Assembly: GCF_006345805.1 (NCBI RefSeq)
Contig: NC_043011.1
Span: 53,952,464-54,016,463 of the forward strand
DNA: 64,000 nucleotides
DNA from: Octopus sinensis
Taxonomy: Eukaryota
Reading direction: 5' to 3'
Below the pieces are notes generated by a model. That model was not told where the DNA came from. It did no database searches and saw only the letters and a list, made by a program, of their open reading frames with translations. The number at the start of each line of letters is the position of its first letter. Position 1 is the stretch's first letter. The position numbers and the translations under genes were made by a program. This document shows positions 26,844-39,059 of the stretch, in pieces.

Positions 26844-27339
26844 GTTTATCTATCTATCTGTGTGTGTGTGTATATGTATATATATATATATATATAACAG
26901 GAAGCTTTATGAAAATAAACAAAAGACGAAGGCAGGTGGAATATAAACAAACAATTGTATTAGTATAGCGCTCAGGAATATAAATAAAACAAGTCTTTTA
27001 TGTTTCGAGCCTACTCTCTTCAACAGAAAGATACACAGAAAAGAAACACGGAAAGAAACAAGGAGAGAAAAAAAAATGCGTGCAGAAGCTAGCGAATCAA
27101 CATATATATATATATATATATATATTTATACTATTTTACTCTTTAACTTGTTTCAGTCATTTGACTGCGGCCATGCTGGAGCACCGCCTTTAGTCGAGCA
27201 AATCGACCCCGGGACTTATTCTTTGTAAGCCCAGTACTTATTCTATCGGTCTCTTTTGCCGAACCGCTAAGTGACGGGGACATAAACACACCAGCATCGG
27301 TTGTCAGGCAATGCTAGGGGGACAAACACAGACACACAA

Positions 27340-27370
<31 letters not shown>

Positions 27371-28211
27371 CATACATATATACGACAGGCTTCTTTCAGT
27401 TTCCGTCTACCAAATCCACTCACAAGGCATTGGTCGGCCCGGGGCTATAGCAGAAGACACTTGCCCAAGATGCCACGCAGTGGGACTGAACCCGGAACCA
27501 TGTGGTTGGTTAGCAAGCTACTTACCACACAGCCAACACACATATAAATTTTGTAAATAAAATTATAAGTGTTCACCATATTCTCAGTATAGCAAATAGT
27601 CTAATATTAGGGCATATAAGCTCACTTAATGATAAAACCTCACCATTTGTACAGGGACTTATACACCTTACTTTTAGTCTATTTTCTATAGTTAATATAC
27701 AGGGAATGCTTATAATTCTGTTTACAAAACTTCAATCACTGCTGTTTCCTAATTCATGCTAAATTCACACATTTTATATTTTTTCTTACTTGTTTCAGTC
27801 ATCAGCCATGCTGGAGCACTAGCTTAAGGAATTTTACCCAAACTTATCAACCCAGTAATTATTATAATTTTCTTTGTAAAGCCTGGTACTATTATCAGTC
27901 TCTTTTGCCAAACTGCCAAGCTGCTTGGATGTAAATGCACCAACACCAGTAATCAAGCGGTGGTGGGGAACAAACACAGACACACAGATGTATGTTTGTG
28001 TATGTATATATGTGTGTGTGTGTGTAAGTAGCTAGGTGTAGGAGTGGCTGTGTGGTAGGTAGCTTGCTTACAAACCACATGGTTCCAGGTTCAGTTCCAC
28101 TGCATGGCACCTTGGGCAAGTGTCTTCTACTATAGCCTCAGGCCAACCAAAGCCTTGTGAGTGGATTTGGTAGACGGAAATTGAAAGAAGCCTGTCGTAT
28201 ATATGTAAATA

Positions 28212-28290
<79 letters not shown>

Positions 28291-28344
28291 TATATATATA
28301 AAAGATTAAAAAATTTTTTTAATCCCCCCCCCACCAAAATAAAA

Positions 28345-28772
28345 TCAAAATCGAAATCAATCAACATTAATGGAATTTGTAGTTGTGGTACCAGTGCCGG
28401 TGGCACATAAGAGAACCATCCGAACATGGCCGTAGCCAGCACTGCATCGACTGGCCTCCATGCTGGTGGCACGTAACAAACACCATCCGATCGTGGCCGT
28501 TGCCAGCCTTGCCTGGCCTCCGTGCCAGTGGCATGTAAAAAGCACCATCCGAGCGTGGCCATTTGCAAGCCTCGTCTGGCACCTGTGTCGGTGGCACGTA
28601 AAAAGCACCCACTACACTCATGGAGTAGTTTGCATTAGGAAGGGCATCCAGCTGTAGAAACACTGCCAGATCTGACTGGCCTGGTTGCAGCCTTCGGGCT
28701 TCCCAGACCCCAGTTGAACCGTCCAACCCATGCTAGCATGGAAAGCGGACGTTAAACGATGATGATGATGAT
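28345..28772 (+). mobile_element. RTE 3' UTR copy inserted in a SINE internal (TA)n
   Basis: Reverse complement of 8275-8650; ends in (GAT)n; lies between the two halves of a SINE. Confidence 0.75.
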
Positions 28773-29059
28773 GATATATATATATGTGTGTGTGTGTGTA
28801 TATGTTTGTGTGTCTGTGTTTGTCCCCCCAACTTCGCTTGACCACCAATGCTGGTGTGTTTACGCCCCCGTAACTTAGCAGTTCGGCAAAAGAGACCAAT
28901 AAAATAAGTACTATGCTTACAAAGAATAAGTCCTGGGGTCAATTTGCTCGACTAAAGGTGGTGCTCCAGCATGGCCACATTACATGACTGAAACAAGTAA
29001 AAGAGTAAAAGAGTATGTGCGGATATGTTTACATGTCAATATATGGTGAGTGTGTGTGA

Positions 29060-29104
<45 letters not shown>

Positions 29105-29306
29105 AAATAGAAAGATGAATAATCTTGTAGCAGATTAATCAAAAGTTTAAACGATACCTTGGTAGCAAAAATCACAGCAGAAGACAGCACGGTTGGAGGT
29201 ACAACCATATGGTGTTGCAACCGTGCGTTGGTGCGGATAATTGAATTTTAATATTATTAGTGAATTGAAGAAATGGAGCTGAACGAAGATTGAACAGAAA
29301 TCGTTT

Positions 29307-29399
29307 TATTTCATTCTACACGTGTTTCGAAAGGCACAATTTACCAAAATCCGATTGAATAATGAGACCATATTGTGTCTTTCTCTTCAGGAAGAAATA
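29307..29399 (-). ncRNA. Mirror copy of the hammerhead ribozyme
   Basis: Exact reverse complement of 29538-29630 within the perfect palindrome. Confidence 0.8.
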
Positions 29400-29537
29400 G
29401 GAAATCCGTTGGAAAAAACAAAAACAGAACAGAGGCGGAGCAAAACAAATCGAACTAGGCTCCTGGGCTCTTAGGAGCCTAGTTCGATTTGTTTTGCTCC
29501 GCCTCTGTTCTGTTTTTGTTTTTTCCAACGGATTTCC

Positions 29538-29630
29538 TATTTCTTCCTGAAGAGAAAGACACAATATGGTCTCATTATTCAATCGGATTTTGGTAAATTG
29601 TGCCTTTCGAAACACGTGTAGAATGAAATA
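29538..29630 (+). ncRNA. Minimal type I hammerhead ribozyme (PLE type)
   Basis: Stem I tatttcttc/gaa(t)gaaata; core CTGAAGA (29547-29553); stem II gaaagacacaat/attgtgcctttc (11 of 12 pairs); GAAA (29609-29612); palindromic stem III cacgtg; cleavage triplet GTA ending at 29620. Confidence 0.8.
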
Positions 29631-29680
29631 AAACGATTTCTGTTCAATCTTCGTTCAGCTCCATTTCTTCAATTCACTAA

Positions 29681-29712
<32 letters not shown>

Positions 29713-32700
29713 CTCTTTTACTTGTTTCAGTCATTCGACTGCAGCCATGCTGGAGCACTGCATTTAGTCGAGCAAATCGACCCCGGGACTTATTATTTGT
29801 AAGCCCAGTACTTATTCTATCGGTCTCTTTTGCCGAACCGCTAAGTTATGGCTACGTAAACACACCAGCATCGGTTGTCAAGCAATGCTAGGGGGACAAA
29901 CACAGACACACAAACATACACATACATATATATACATATATACGACAGGCTTCTTTCAGTTTCCGTCTACCAAATCCACTCACAAGGCATTGGTCGGCCC
30001 GGGGCTATAGCAGAAGACACTTGCCCAAGATGCCATGCAGTGGGACTGAACCCGGAACCATGTGGTTGGTTAGCAAGCTACTTACCACACAGCCACTCCT
30101 GCGCCTTATATATATATATAGTTCAAATTTACAGAAAATGAAAGACAAAGACAGGTGAGGGAACAACAAGCAGGTGTATTAGTTTGATGTTTGGAGAGAA
30201 TATAAAAGCCTTTGATGTTTCAAGCCTATGCTCTTTGACAGAAAAGACTGAGAGAAAAAAAAATGTGTAGGGATTAACAGTTCAACATAGTGAAATGACC
30301 CTATATATATATAGATGAGTAAGCACATACATGCTAAACAAGGTGGGAAAAATAGTACTCGAATACTGAAGGTAGAGTAATAGGATATTTATACACCCCT
30401 GACCAGCCCAACCATTCGTGAATACAATATTGTTTGCAAATTGTTTTTGTTACACGTTATTCTGTGTTCTGAATACTTATATTTTAATAAATGTTGCTTA
30501 CTGCAAGTTATGGATGATTCTTTTATGACTTCATTGCTTTCAGGCTTAGCTTAAGGTATTTTCCCGCCCGACATCACAAAATGCGTCTGAATAAACATTG
30601 CCGGACAGCAAACAGGGACTCGGACATTGCTTAGAAAATATTTTTCATTTTTAACCTTGTATATTGTACGCACTAGGGATTTTGACCTTTAAATTTTGGG
30701 GAAATAATGCGGATTATACTCGAGGATTTACGGTATATCAAATGCTATCATTTATTCCTAAGATACTGTGAAGTGAGTTAATTTGGTTGCTTTTTGTAGC
30801 AGGCCAAGGGACTGTGTAGAGGCTCCCACACTGATTTATACTGTGTGGTGAGAAAGGTAACTGTATAGCTCTAAAAATGGTTAGCATATACAAGTGTAGC
30901 ATTGTAGAAAGGGCAAGGCTCTTATCAATCACTCCGCTACTCACTGACCTCAACAGCCAAAAAGAGTAACAGCAACAACAGCAGCAGTAACGAAGAACAA
31001 CAGCGACGACAACAACAACACCATCAAAAGCAAGACTGTCGACATCAGTAGAATGAAAATAATAAGAAAAACACAGAATTGGAATACTGAACTAAACAGT
31101 ATCTGTTTCTTTATTGCCCACAAGGGGCCAAACATAGAGGGGAAAAAACAAGGACAGACAAACGGATTAAGTCGATTACATCGACCCCAGTGCGTAACTG
31201 GTACTTAATTTATCGACCCCCGAAAGGATGAAAGGCAAAGTCGACCTCGGCGGAATTTGAACTCAGAACGCAACGACAGACGCAATACCGCTAAGCATTT
31301 CACCCGGTGTGCTAACGTTTCTGCCAGCTCGCCACCTTTACTAAACAGTATCAATTACTTCATAGTCAATCTATCGACATATATATATATATATATACAC
31401 ACACACGCATACATACATACATATATATATATTTACAAATTGAGATAGGGGTTGTAAATGCAACCCTCCATGGGATAACATATATCCAATATACTGCTAG
31501 TGAAGTACCCAACAAAGTTAATACATAAATGTTAAGAATTGCGATGCAATTAATTCATTTACTGTATTATATGGGCAAAGGTAAAATGTTTTACCACAAA
31601 TTCATAATGCAAAATAAGAAAATGGAGAAATACATCTAAATCAAATATCAACGGTGGTTTAATAAAGTATGTGATTGGGTATTATCTGGTAATTGATATT
31701 TGATTTAGATGTATTTCTCCATTTTCTTATTTTGTATATATATATAGTTGAAATTTACAGAAAAACTAAAGATGAAGACAGGTGTATGAACAACAAGCAG
31801 GTGTATTATATGTATATATATATATATAATAGAGCTATTAGTGAGGGATTATCAATCCAGACAAAATACTTTATAAGTTCTCTGTTAGTACACCAGGCTA
31901 ACAGTATTTTTGAGATTAGTAAAGAACTCCACATATTCTTGTGGCAGGGTCCAAGGTTATAGTTCATCCCCTTTCTATATTGTAAATTCATGGTAGTGCT
32001 CCAGTTATACTGGTTTTTACACAGAGTGGTATACAAGACCAGGTGTAAATAACAGTCATTACATGTTTTTTTCTTTATTGTAGTAAATTTGACTAACGGT
32101 TGCTTTTAGTAGTCATTATAGGTTTGTTATTGATAGGTTGACCTAAAAAGTTAATGTTACTTTCAGAAATGATTCTGATGAAAGCATTAACATTTTAGGT
32201 CATTAAATTAAATTCGTTTTGGCAGATTCTCTCTGACAGAACAAAACTGGGCAGACAATGTAATGACTGTTATCGTTTCCTTCCTCCCTCCCTCCCTCCC
32301 TCTCTTCCTTCCTTGCAGACAGAACAAAACTGGGCAGACAATGTGATGACCTTTATCGTTTTATACCCACACATACGAGAGAAGTGGGAACAGTTAACAA
32401 CGAAAAATAAGATATTATTTATTTATCTCCCTAACAAGTGCGTGCATTATAAACACACCAACCATTGACTCCTTACATCTCTTGATTACACATATAATTG
32501 CATCTTGTATACACACATACAATGGGGAAAGCGAAGACAGTTAACAACAAATAATAACATCTTGAGTGCCGGAAGATGTGGTAGATTTGCAGGCATTCAT
32601 TGGAAACACAGCTAAGGATCTCAGCTGTGTCCCTCCAAAAAGTGCTTCCCGCCTTGGCCGACTGGGATTCAAACCCAGGCTGATCAGGCTGTTGTTTACG

Positions 32701-32797
32701 GGCTTTACTGAGGCGCAGTCATTCCATCTGGCTGCTGATAGAGTTCGGCGTGACAATATAATCAACTTTAGAACACGTCCTGGCCTATTATATAAAC

Positions 32798-33106
32798 ATG
32801 AGCAGTAAACAAGTACCTCATATTTCTCAGGAAGGATTTATGGAAAACCGAGTTGATTTTGTAGAACACATGGACAATATCGGATCATTTTTAGATCATG
32901 CTTTATCCAATGGTTTATTGACTTTAGAACATAAAAATGAAATAAGGTCCAAAAGAAATCCTGACGACCAAAGACGAGAGTTACATGATTATATATATAG
33001 GAAACTTCCGAATGTTTCAGATAAATTGATATCAGCCTTGAAAAAGTCGAAACATTTAAAGATACTTGATCTTTTGATCAGACCACACGGTGAGGATCTT
33101 TTCTAA
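32798..33106 (+). CDS. CARD (death-fold) domain ORF; probably an internal exon at 32831-33089
   Basis: FMENRVDFVEHMDNIGSFLDHALSNGLLTLEHKNEIRSKRNPDDQRRELHDYIYRKLPNVSDKLISALKKSKHLKILDLL fits the six-helix CARD pattern (NR..LV, LD.L...G.LT.E...EI, Q.R.L.D, I.AL, DLL). Acceptor tatttctcag| and donor cacg|gtgagg bracket the domain. Confidence 0.7.
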   Translation: MSSKQVPHISQEGFMENRVDFVEHMDNIGSFLDHALSNGLLTLEHKNEIRSKRNPDDQRRELHDYIYRKLPNVSDKLISALKKSKHLKILDLLIRPHGEDLF

Positions 33107-33717
33107 ACAATTTGAAACTTCGTATACTGGTAGAATGTGTCAAAAGAAAACATTAATTTCAACTAGATTGTTTGAGAAAATTGCATTTTGTAACTTTTAT
33201 GTAGTTTAATTCTTCAAAATTTAACCAATGAAATCCCAGCATTTAACTTAAATTCATTTGCTGAGTCTAAGTTAACAGCACACACATACACACGCACACA
33301 ACAATAACACACACACACACACACACACAACAATAACACACACACACACAGGTACCCATGTTTATTTCAATGTCATCCCTGACTTACGGAATGATTACCT
33401 GTGCGTGTGTGTTTTTGTTGTGTATGTGTGTGTGTTTGTTGTGTGTGTTATTGTTGTGTACCTGTGTGTGTGTGTTTTTTTTGTTGTGTATGTGTGCGTG
33501 TGTTATTGTTGTGTATGTGTGTGTGTGTGTGTGTTTGTTGTGTATGTGTGTGCGTGTGAAGTATGTAAGTGGTGCTTTAAAATCCCGGTCGTGTTGTATT
33601 AATATATAATGTGAAATTTACATGCAAACATACATATAAACATGCACACACCTACATACATACATACAAGCATTTCTTTTTGTTTTACCATTATAACTAC
33701 AAAATGAAAATAACGGT

Positions 33718-34250
33718 TGCTCAGGTGCACTACAACTCATCTAAAGTGTATATATAATCAGGTGTAGTTTCGGCGGATTTCGGAAAGTATGATGGCCTTA
33801 AAGGATGCAGTGTCATGGCAGTCAACAACTGACGCAGGCAGTTTATTCCATGCTTCAGCAACTCTGAGCGTGAAAAAATGTTTCCGAAAGTCATCGGAGC
33901 TGTGTTGTTTTCTGACTTTGTAGGCATGTCCACGTGTGTTAGACACATGGAGATCAAAAAGGTGTTCAGTGTTGTTATTGGTGAGGTGGTTGACAACTTT
34001 GTGGGTGTTTACCAAGTCCGTCGCCAGACGCCGGAGCTTCAGTGAATCCATGCCCAGGGAAACAAGGCGCTCAGAATATGGTAGGTGTCTGATGGAGGGT
34101 ATGCGTTTGGTTGCACGTCTCTGAACAGATTCCAGGAGGTCAATGTTCTGAGCAAGATAGGGGTTCCAAACTGATGATGCGAATTCCAAGTGTGGTCGTA
34201 CCATAGCTGTATACAGTTTTAAATAGATGGATGGAGAGCGGCTAACAAAT
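33718..34250 (-). mobile_element. CR1-type LINE 3' end
   Basis: MVRPHLEFASSVWNPY...LESVQRRATK...YSERL...LRRL, TRGH..K, FFTLRV...WNKLP. Confidence 0.88.
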
Positions 34251-37200
34251 ATTAACCATTTCGGTTAATATATATATATTTCTTTACTACCCACAAGGGG
34301 CTATACACAGAGGGGACAAACAAGGACAGACAAAGGAATTAAGTCGATTACATCAACCCCAGTGCGTAACTGGTACTTAATTTATCGACCCCGAAAGGAT
34401 GAAAGGCAAAGTCGACCTCGGCGGAATTTGAACTCGGAACGTAACGACAGACAAAATACGGCAACGCATTTCGCCCGGCGTGCTAACGTTTCTGCCAGCT
34501 CACCGTAAATAAAAACTTGTAACTTTGACCTGACTCTAATTTGCGATTAAAGGTGTTGGGACAAATTATATACGAAGGGAGGTAATTCCATTGCTATATT
34601 TATCCACCTTTACATCGTCTTTCACTCAATTTCTTGTCTACAAAACCATTCTTGTCTACAAAACCATTTTAAATCTATGCTAAACTACGTAAGAAACTTT
34701 TTCGAAATTATAAACTCACAGACTAATATAATCACTGCATGATATAAATTTCTTAAACAATATTTTTAATATGTGTAGTAAGTTTGTTTCCCCAATTATG
34801 TGGTTCCGAGTTCAGTCCCACTGCGTGGCATTTTGGGCAAGTGTCTTCTACAATAGCCTTGGGCCGACCAAAGTTTCGTGAGTGGATTTGATAGATGGAA
34901 ACTGAAAGAAGCCCGTACATTCACACACACATGTATGTATGTATGCATGCATGCATGCATACATACATACATACATGCATGCATGCATTCATTCATACAT
35001 ACATACATACATACATACATCTACTTGTGTGTCTGTCTCCGACCACCGCTTAACAACTGGTGTTTGTGTGTAAGGTAGCGGTTCGGCAAAAGAAATCGAC
35101 AGAATAAGTACCAGGTAGAAAAAAAATAAAGAAAGAAGTACAGGGGTTGGTCCGTTCATCTAAAAAATTCTTGAAAGCGGTGCCCCAGAATGGCCTCAGT
35201 CTCACGACTGAAACAAGTAAGAGATTAAAGAACATAGGCAGCAGGTCAGAAATTTGGTAGGAGTAGGATTGAATCGGCTGCAGTCCTTAATTAGTATTTC
35301 ATTTTATCAACCCTATAGGGATGTAAGGCAAAGTTGACCTCAGCTAGACAAGAATTCAGATCGTTAAGATTTGGAGCAAACCCCGCAAAGCTATTTACCG
35401 ACGTTTTAACAAATCCGCCACCACAATAACTGAAAACATTAAAAAAAAAAGAAGTTTAGACTAATTCATGCCCACCAACGGTAGGGCCGTTAAATGTAGA
35501 CCGACTTAGTAGGAATGATAGCTAATTTCCTGCTAAATACTCCATAATGTCTTTATAAAGAAATGGACAGATTAAATAATATAGTTCTAGATACACTTTA
35601 CCAGAAAGAAAAAGATTAAAACTATATGATGATTACAGCTGGAGTATCTTTAATCGTAGGTTTACTCGATCAAAGCTGACATGGAAATAAACATCATGGA
35701 AACATTATTACGCACGCAGGACCGGTTTTAAGCCAATTAGGCAGATTTATTCAAATTGGGCCCATGCCAAGAGAGGGCTCTGCGCACACGTTCGAGAATA
35801 GGTGCTATGATGAATTTTTAGTATATCATTGTGACTAATGATGGTGCCCCAAGTCCGCAACGCTTTTTGGTTAGGACTAGCGTAGTACACGAAGCATAAA
35901 ACATCAATCTTCAGCTTTTGTAGAGTAGAGGCCCCCACTGACAATGCTCTTATTGGGTCCCGCTCTTCCTAGCACCGGCCCTGGTTACACCATACTTTAA
36001 ATATCAACGACACGGAATTAAATCCTTGAAAGTCGCTATACACATAAGCCCCAGCATCGCCTTTTCTAAACACGCTCCGCCAACTTAACGAAGGTTTTCT
36101 TACAAAATTTGACTTTTCTCTTCAAGACCCTAAAAATACTTCAGTCCCCTCACAGTTACTAATCCATTACAAAGATCAGGTGAACCCTACGAGGGACTAC
36201 CTACATTTTGGACGGTGCAGCTTCTGAATACACAGATATTCTTGACGGTAGCTATAGGAAGGCCACTGATGCCCCCTGTGTGCCTTAATACATACATACA
36301 TACATACATATGCCCGTACTCTTACTCTTTACTCTTTTACTTGTTTCAGTCATTTGACTGCGGCCATGCTGGAGCACCGCCTTTAGTCGAGCAAATCGAC
36401 CCCGGGACTTATTTTTTGTAAGCTCAGTACTTATTCTATCGGTCTCTTTTGCCGAACCGCTAAGTGACAGAGACGTAAACATACCAGCATCGGTTGTCAA
36501 GCAATGCTAGGGGGACAAACACAGACACACAAACGCACACACATACATATATATATATACATATATACAACAGGCTTCTTTCAGTTTCCGCCTACCAAAT
36601 CCACTCACAAGGCATTGGTCGGCCCGAGGCTATAGCAGAAGACACTTGCCCAAGATGCCACACAGTGGGACTGAACCCAGAACCATGTGGCTGGTTAGCA
36701 AGCTACTTACCACACAGCCACTCCTGCGCCTACGTATAGCTAAACTTAAGATTTTGGAGAGAGAACCAAAATTCTTAATTCATATACTACAAATGATCAT
36801 GATACCTGGGATTATAAAAATCTGCAAGGCCTTTTGATTGATTGATTGATTTTAGTTTCAGCTCATGAGCTGTGGCCATGCTGGGGCACCGCCTTCTTAA
36901 GATTTAAAGTAATAGTTCTTTAAAAAATGCAAAATTTATAGATATACCTCTGCCACCCCACCAGATTCCTTTATCGTAACAAACCTATGTTAAAACATAG
37001 GCTCTCTATTGTGGTTCTTTCGCACATTGACCTATACACGTCCTTTTAAGCCGCATCAAGGTCACTTGTCCAAAGGCCTAGACACGAGCGCAGGTGTGGC
37101 CGCGTGGTAAAAGGTTTGCTTCCCAACCAGATTGCTCCAGGTTCACTCCCACGGCACGGCACGGCACCTTCTACTGTTGCTGTGGGCTTTTTGGTTAAGA

Positions 37201-37393
37201 CTAGCGTAGTACACGAAACATAAAACATCAATCTTCAGCTTCTGTAGAGTAGAGGCCCCCACTGACAATGCTCTTATTGGGTCCCGCCTTGTGAGTGCAT
37301 TTGGTAAAAAACCCCCAGAAAAACTGAAAGAAGCACGTACGTCGTAAATATATATATTATATATATATATATATTATATTATATATATATATA

Positions 37394-37481
<88 letters not shown>

Positions 37482-39059
37482 TATATATATATTATATATA
37501 TATATATATATAAATTTGATTTAATTTCTGTAATTGAACTAATTGGATAAGGAAATGGCTGTAGGACAGGAATTTTATTATATTGATTTGAATAAACTGA
37601 TGTCTGTATTTTGATTTCTCTATTTTCTTTCTTCTCATATATATATCAGATCCACAAACAGAAAATACCAAAAATACAGAAAACATCGAAAAGAATGGAA
37701 CAGAATCAGACCCCAAACAGGCTTATACCAAACACGCAGAAGACCTAACACAAATCTGCCAAATATACGATGCCGAAATAAACAAGACAGAAGCACATCT
37801 TCAACAGGGAAATACCAGAAGCATGGAAGATCTACTCACAGAAACCTGTAGTATGTTAAATTCACTTCTCTCAAAAATTGATACGCTCTTTGCAAACATT
37901 GCTTCAACAATAATTACAATCCAAAATATTCTCTCTAAAAATAATCAAGCAAACACAACTGACAACACAAATCTTCTGGCGGGACCACCCCAATCACAAA
38001 GGACAACAAATGACGAAGAAACAAAAACTGACACAAACCAAGAAGAACCTTTAAAACCCCAAGACTGGAACAAACTTCTAAACCAACGCAAATATGCTTA
38101 TTGGAAAAGCATACGCTGTAAGAACAGAGCCAACATATATCAAAACTGGCGGGACTTGAAGAACCCAATACTCCCTAGAAAATTTCTTATCAAAGAAATA
38201 AGGGGTGAAACACTAGAAGAAACAACAATACGTGCAACCCTAGCCCTCTGCCGACTAGAAACGGAAATTTCCCTTCTACAAACACGAAGCGCACACCAGG
38301 AAGATAAGATTAAAACAATCGATACCGTCATAATGGCCGAGATAACAGAAAAGAACAATAAGCAAAACAAAGAAAAACTACAACAATTATGGAAAGAGGA
38401 TACCAAACGAGAGGAGGAAAGATCCAGAATTATGTGGACCAAACAACATGAATGGTTTTTAAACTACGAAAAGAACTATGGGGAAGAATCAATTATGAAG
38501 ACAAAGAAACTACCAAAACAAATGAATAGATACAACAAACCAACACCACAAACATATTGGACTCCCAGACATCAAAATAAGCCCTACCAAACACAAACCA
38601 AAATCCCGCTCCTTACACTGCCGAACCCCCCATTAACAGATACACAAAATATGAAAGACAACCATCAACCCAAAACCCCACAAAAACAAACACACCACCA
38701 GCAAGACGAGCACAATACATACAACCAACAACCTATAACACTTGGAGAGAAGAAATAGAATATGAACAACCACAACACATAACACTGGACACCCTAAAGG
38801 GACACACACATGGAACAATAAACAAGTGGATAGAAATCACACATAACCTACAACAAACATCGAGGAAATCGAAACACCACACAACACCAACCCCATGCAA
38901 CCCCACAAATTTACAAGACGGATAAAAAACAACTCCCACTATCAATACAATACAAGCACAATACATGAACCATCCACCTACCCACAAAGAAACCTGAACC
39001 CCAGTAATAAATATGGCTCAACCAACACAGAAGATGGGAAGAAAACAACTACCAAAGAC

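Larger units (their letters stand above)
29101..29688 (-). mobile_element. Non-coding PLE-derived foldback element in (TA)n
   Basis: Arms 29249-29464 and 29473-29688 (216 bp, no mismatch seen), 8-nt loop gggctctt, ~148-bp unpaired tail, (TA)n on both sides, hammerhead in each arm. Confidence 0.75.

Noticed and set aside
29316-29615. 99-aa ORF across the palindrome
   Set aside because: Non-ATG start and an artefact of the self-complementary sequence.
30801-30857. Plus-strand candidate exon QAKGLCRGSHTDLYCVVRK upstream of CARD copy 2
   Set aside because: Only splice-like dinucleotides support it; no recognisable homology.
32541-32808. Short ORFs upstream of CARD copy 2 as Helitron helicase
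   Set aside because: No Rep or Pif1 motifs beyond a chance FGG.
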